Shown here in pieces: positions 34,980 to 35,290 of a stretch of DNA of 35,290 bases. Below the pieces are notes generated by a model. The model was not told where the DNA came from, did not search any database, and worked only from the letters and a program-made list of their open reading frames with translations. The stretch covers positions 1 through 35,290 of IMG/VR virus record IMGVR_UViG_3300042484_001525. The stretch is one strand, 5' to 3'. Position numbers and translations under genes: made by a program. The stretch's first letter is position 1, and every line of letters begins with the position of its first letter. The DNA is from a virus (taxonomy: Duplodnaviria; Caudoviricetes).

Positions 34980-35055
34980 TCCTAGTCCCCTTGATTAGTC
35001 CCCCCTAGTAATAGGGGGGCTTAGTCTATGGGGGGCAGGTCAGGTCAAGGGGTAG

Positions 35056-35277
35056 GCAGGTGAGCAGGTGAGCAGGTAGGCAGGTGAGCAGGTGAGCAGG
35101 TAGGCAGGTAGGCAGGTAGGCAGGTGAGCAGGTGAGCAGGTGAGCAGGTGAGCAGGTGAGCAGGTAGGCAGGTAGGCAGGTGAGCAGGTGAGCAGGTAGG
35201 CAGGTAGGCAGGTAGGCAGGTGAGCAGGTGAGCAGGTGAGCAGGTGAGCAGGTAGGCAGGTGAGCAGGTGAGCAGGT
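35056..35277 (+). repeat. Tandem 8-mer array GCAGGT(GA/AG), 27 units plus a partial unit
   Basis: 17 GCAGGTGA and 10 GCAGGTAG units in irregular order. Confidence 0.97.
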
Positions 35278-35290
35278 CTATACGGGTCAG

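Larger units (their letters stand above)
34213..35029 (+). repeat. Second cassette family: two units sharing a 38-bp upstream box and a 37-bp hairpin
   Basis: TAGTTGGCAGTTGTTATCAAGTTGTTATCAAAATAGGT at 34213-34250 and 34696-34733; GATTAGTCCCCCCTAGTAATAGGGGGGCTTAGTCTAT at 34580-34616 and 34993-35029. Confidence 0.9.

Noticed and set aside
1-35290. tRNA, rRNA, integrase, transposase or reverse transcriptase genes
   Set aside because: No cloverleaf with T-loop consensus or catalytic motifs recognised by eye; a tRNAscan/HMM run would be needed to exclude them formally.

Overview
35-kb segment of a tailed dsDNA phage genome. The host is most likely an actinobacterium: there is a ClgR-like HTH, an actinobacterial-type SSB and several apparently leaderless genes. 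Layout: (i) 1-2080, a large minus-strand coiled-coil protein with two lectin-like modules, running off the left edge and missing from the ORF track; (ii) a symmetric repeat region at the strand switch (2420-2640); (iii) a plus-strand cluster with small Cys-rich genes, a GT2-like glycosyltransferase, a TerS-like gene and a CHAP-like lysin lacking its catalytic residues; (iv) an early-type region with a MoxR/CbbQ-like AAA ATPase, a HExxH-VWA partner, a ClgR-like HTH and SSB; (v) the dominant feature, a ~15-kb array (15481-30257) delimited by 26 copies of a ~40-bp A-rich box (consensus AAAAATTAATAAAAACAAAA-n-n-AAACAA(C/T)(T/A)AGAAGATTAC). Nearly every unit reads hairpin / box / ~12 nt / -35 / extended -10 / 5' hairpin / RBS / 1-3 small genes; (vi) NlpC/P60, small membrane proteins, a PG-binding protein and TerL flanked by four exact 16-mers; (vii) two cassettes of a second family and a two-variant 8-mer tandem repeat at the right edge. 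I saw no integrase, cas, tRNA or rRNA gene. All family calls are by-eye motif recognition, not database searches.
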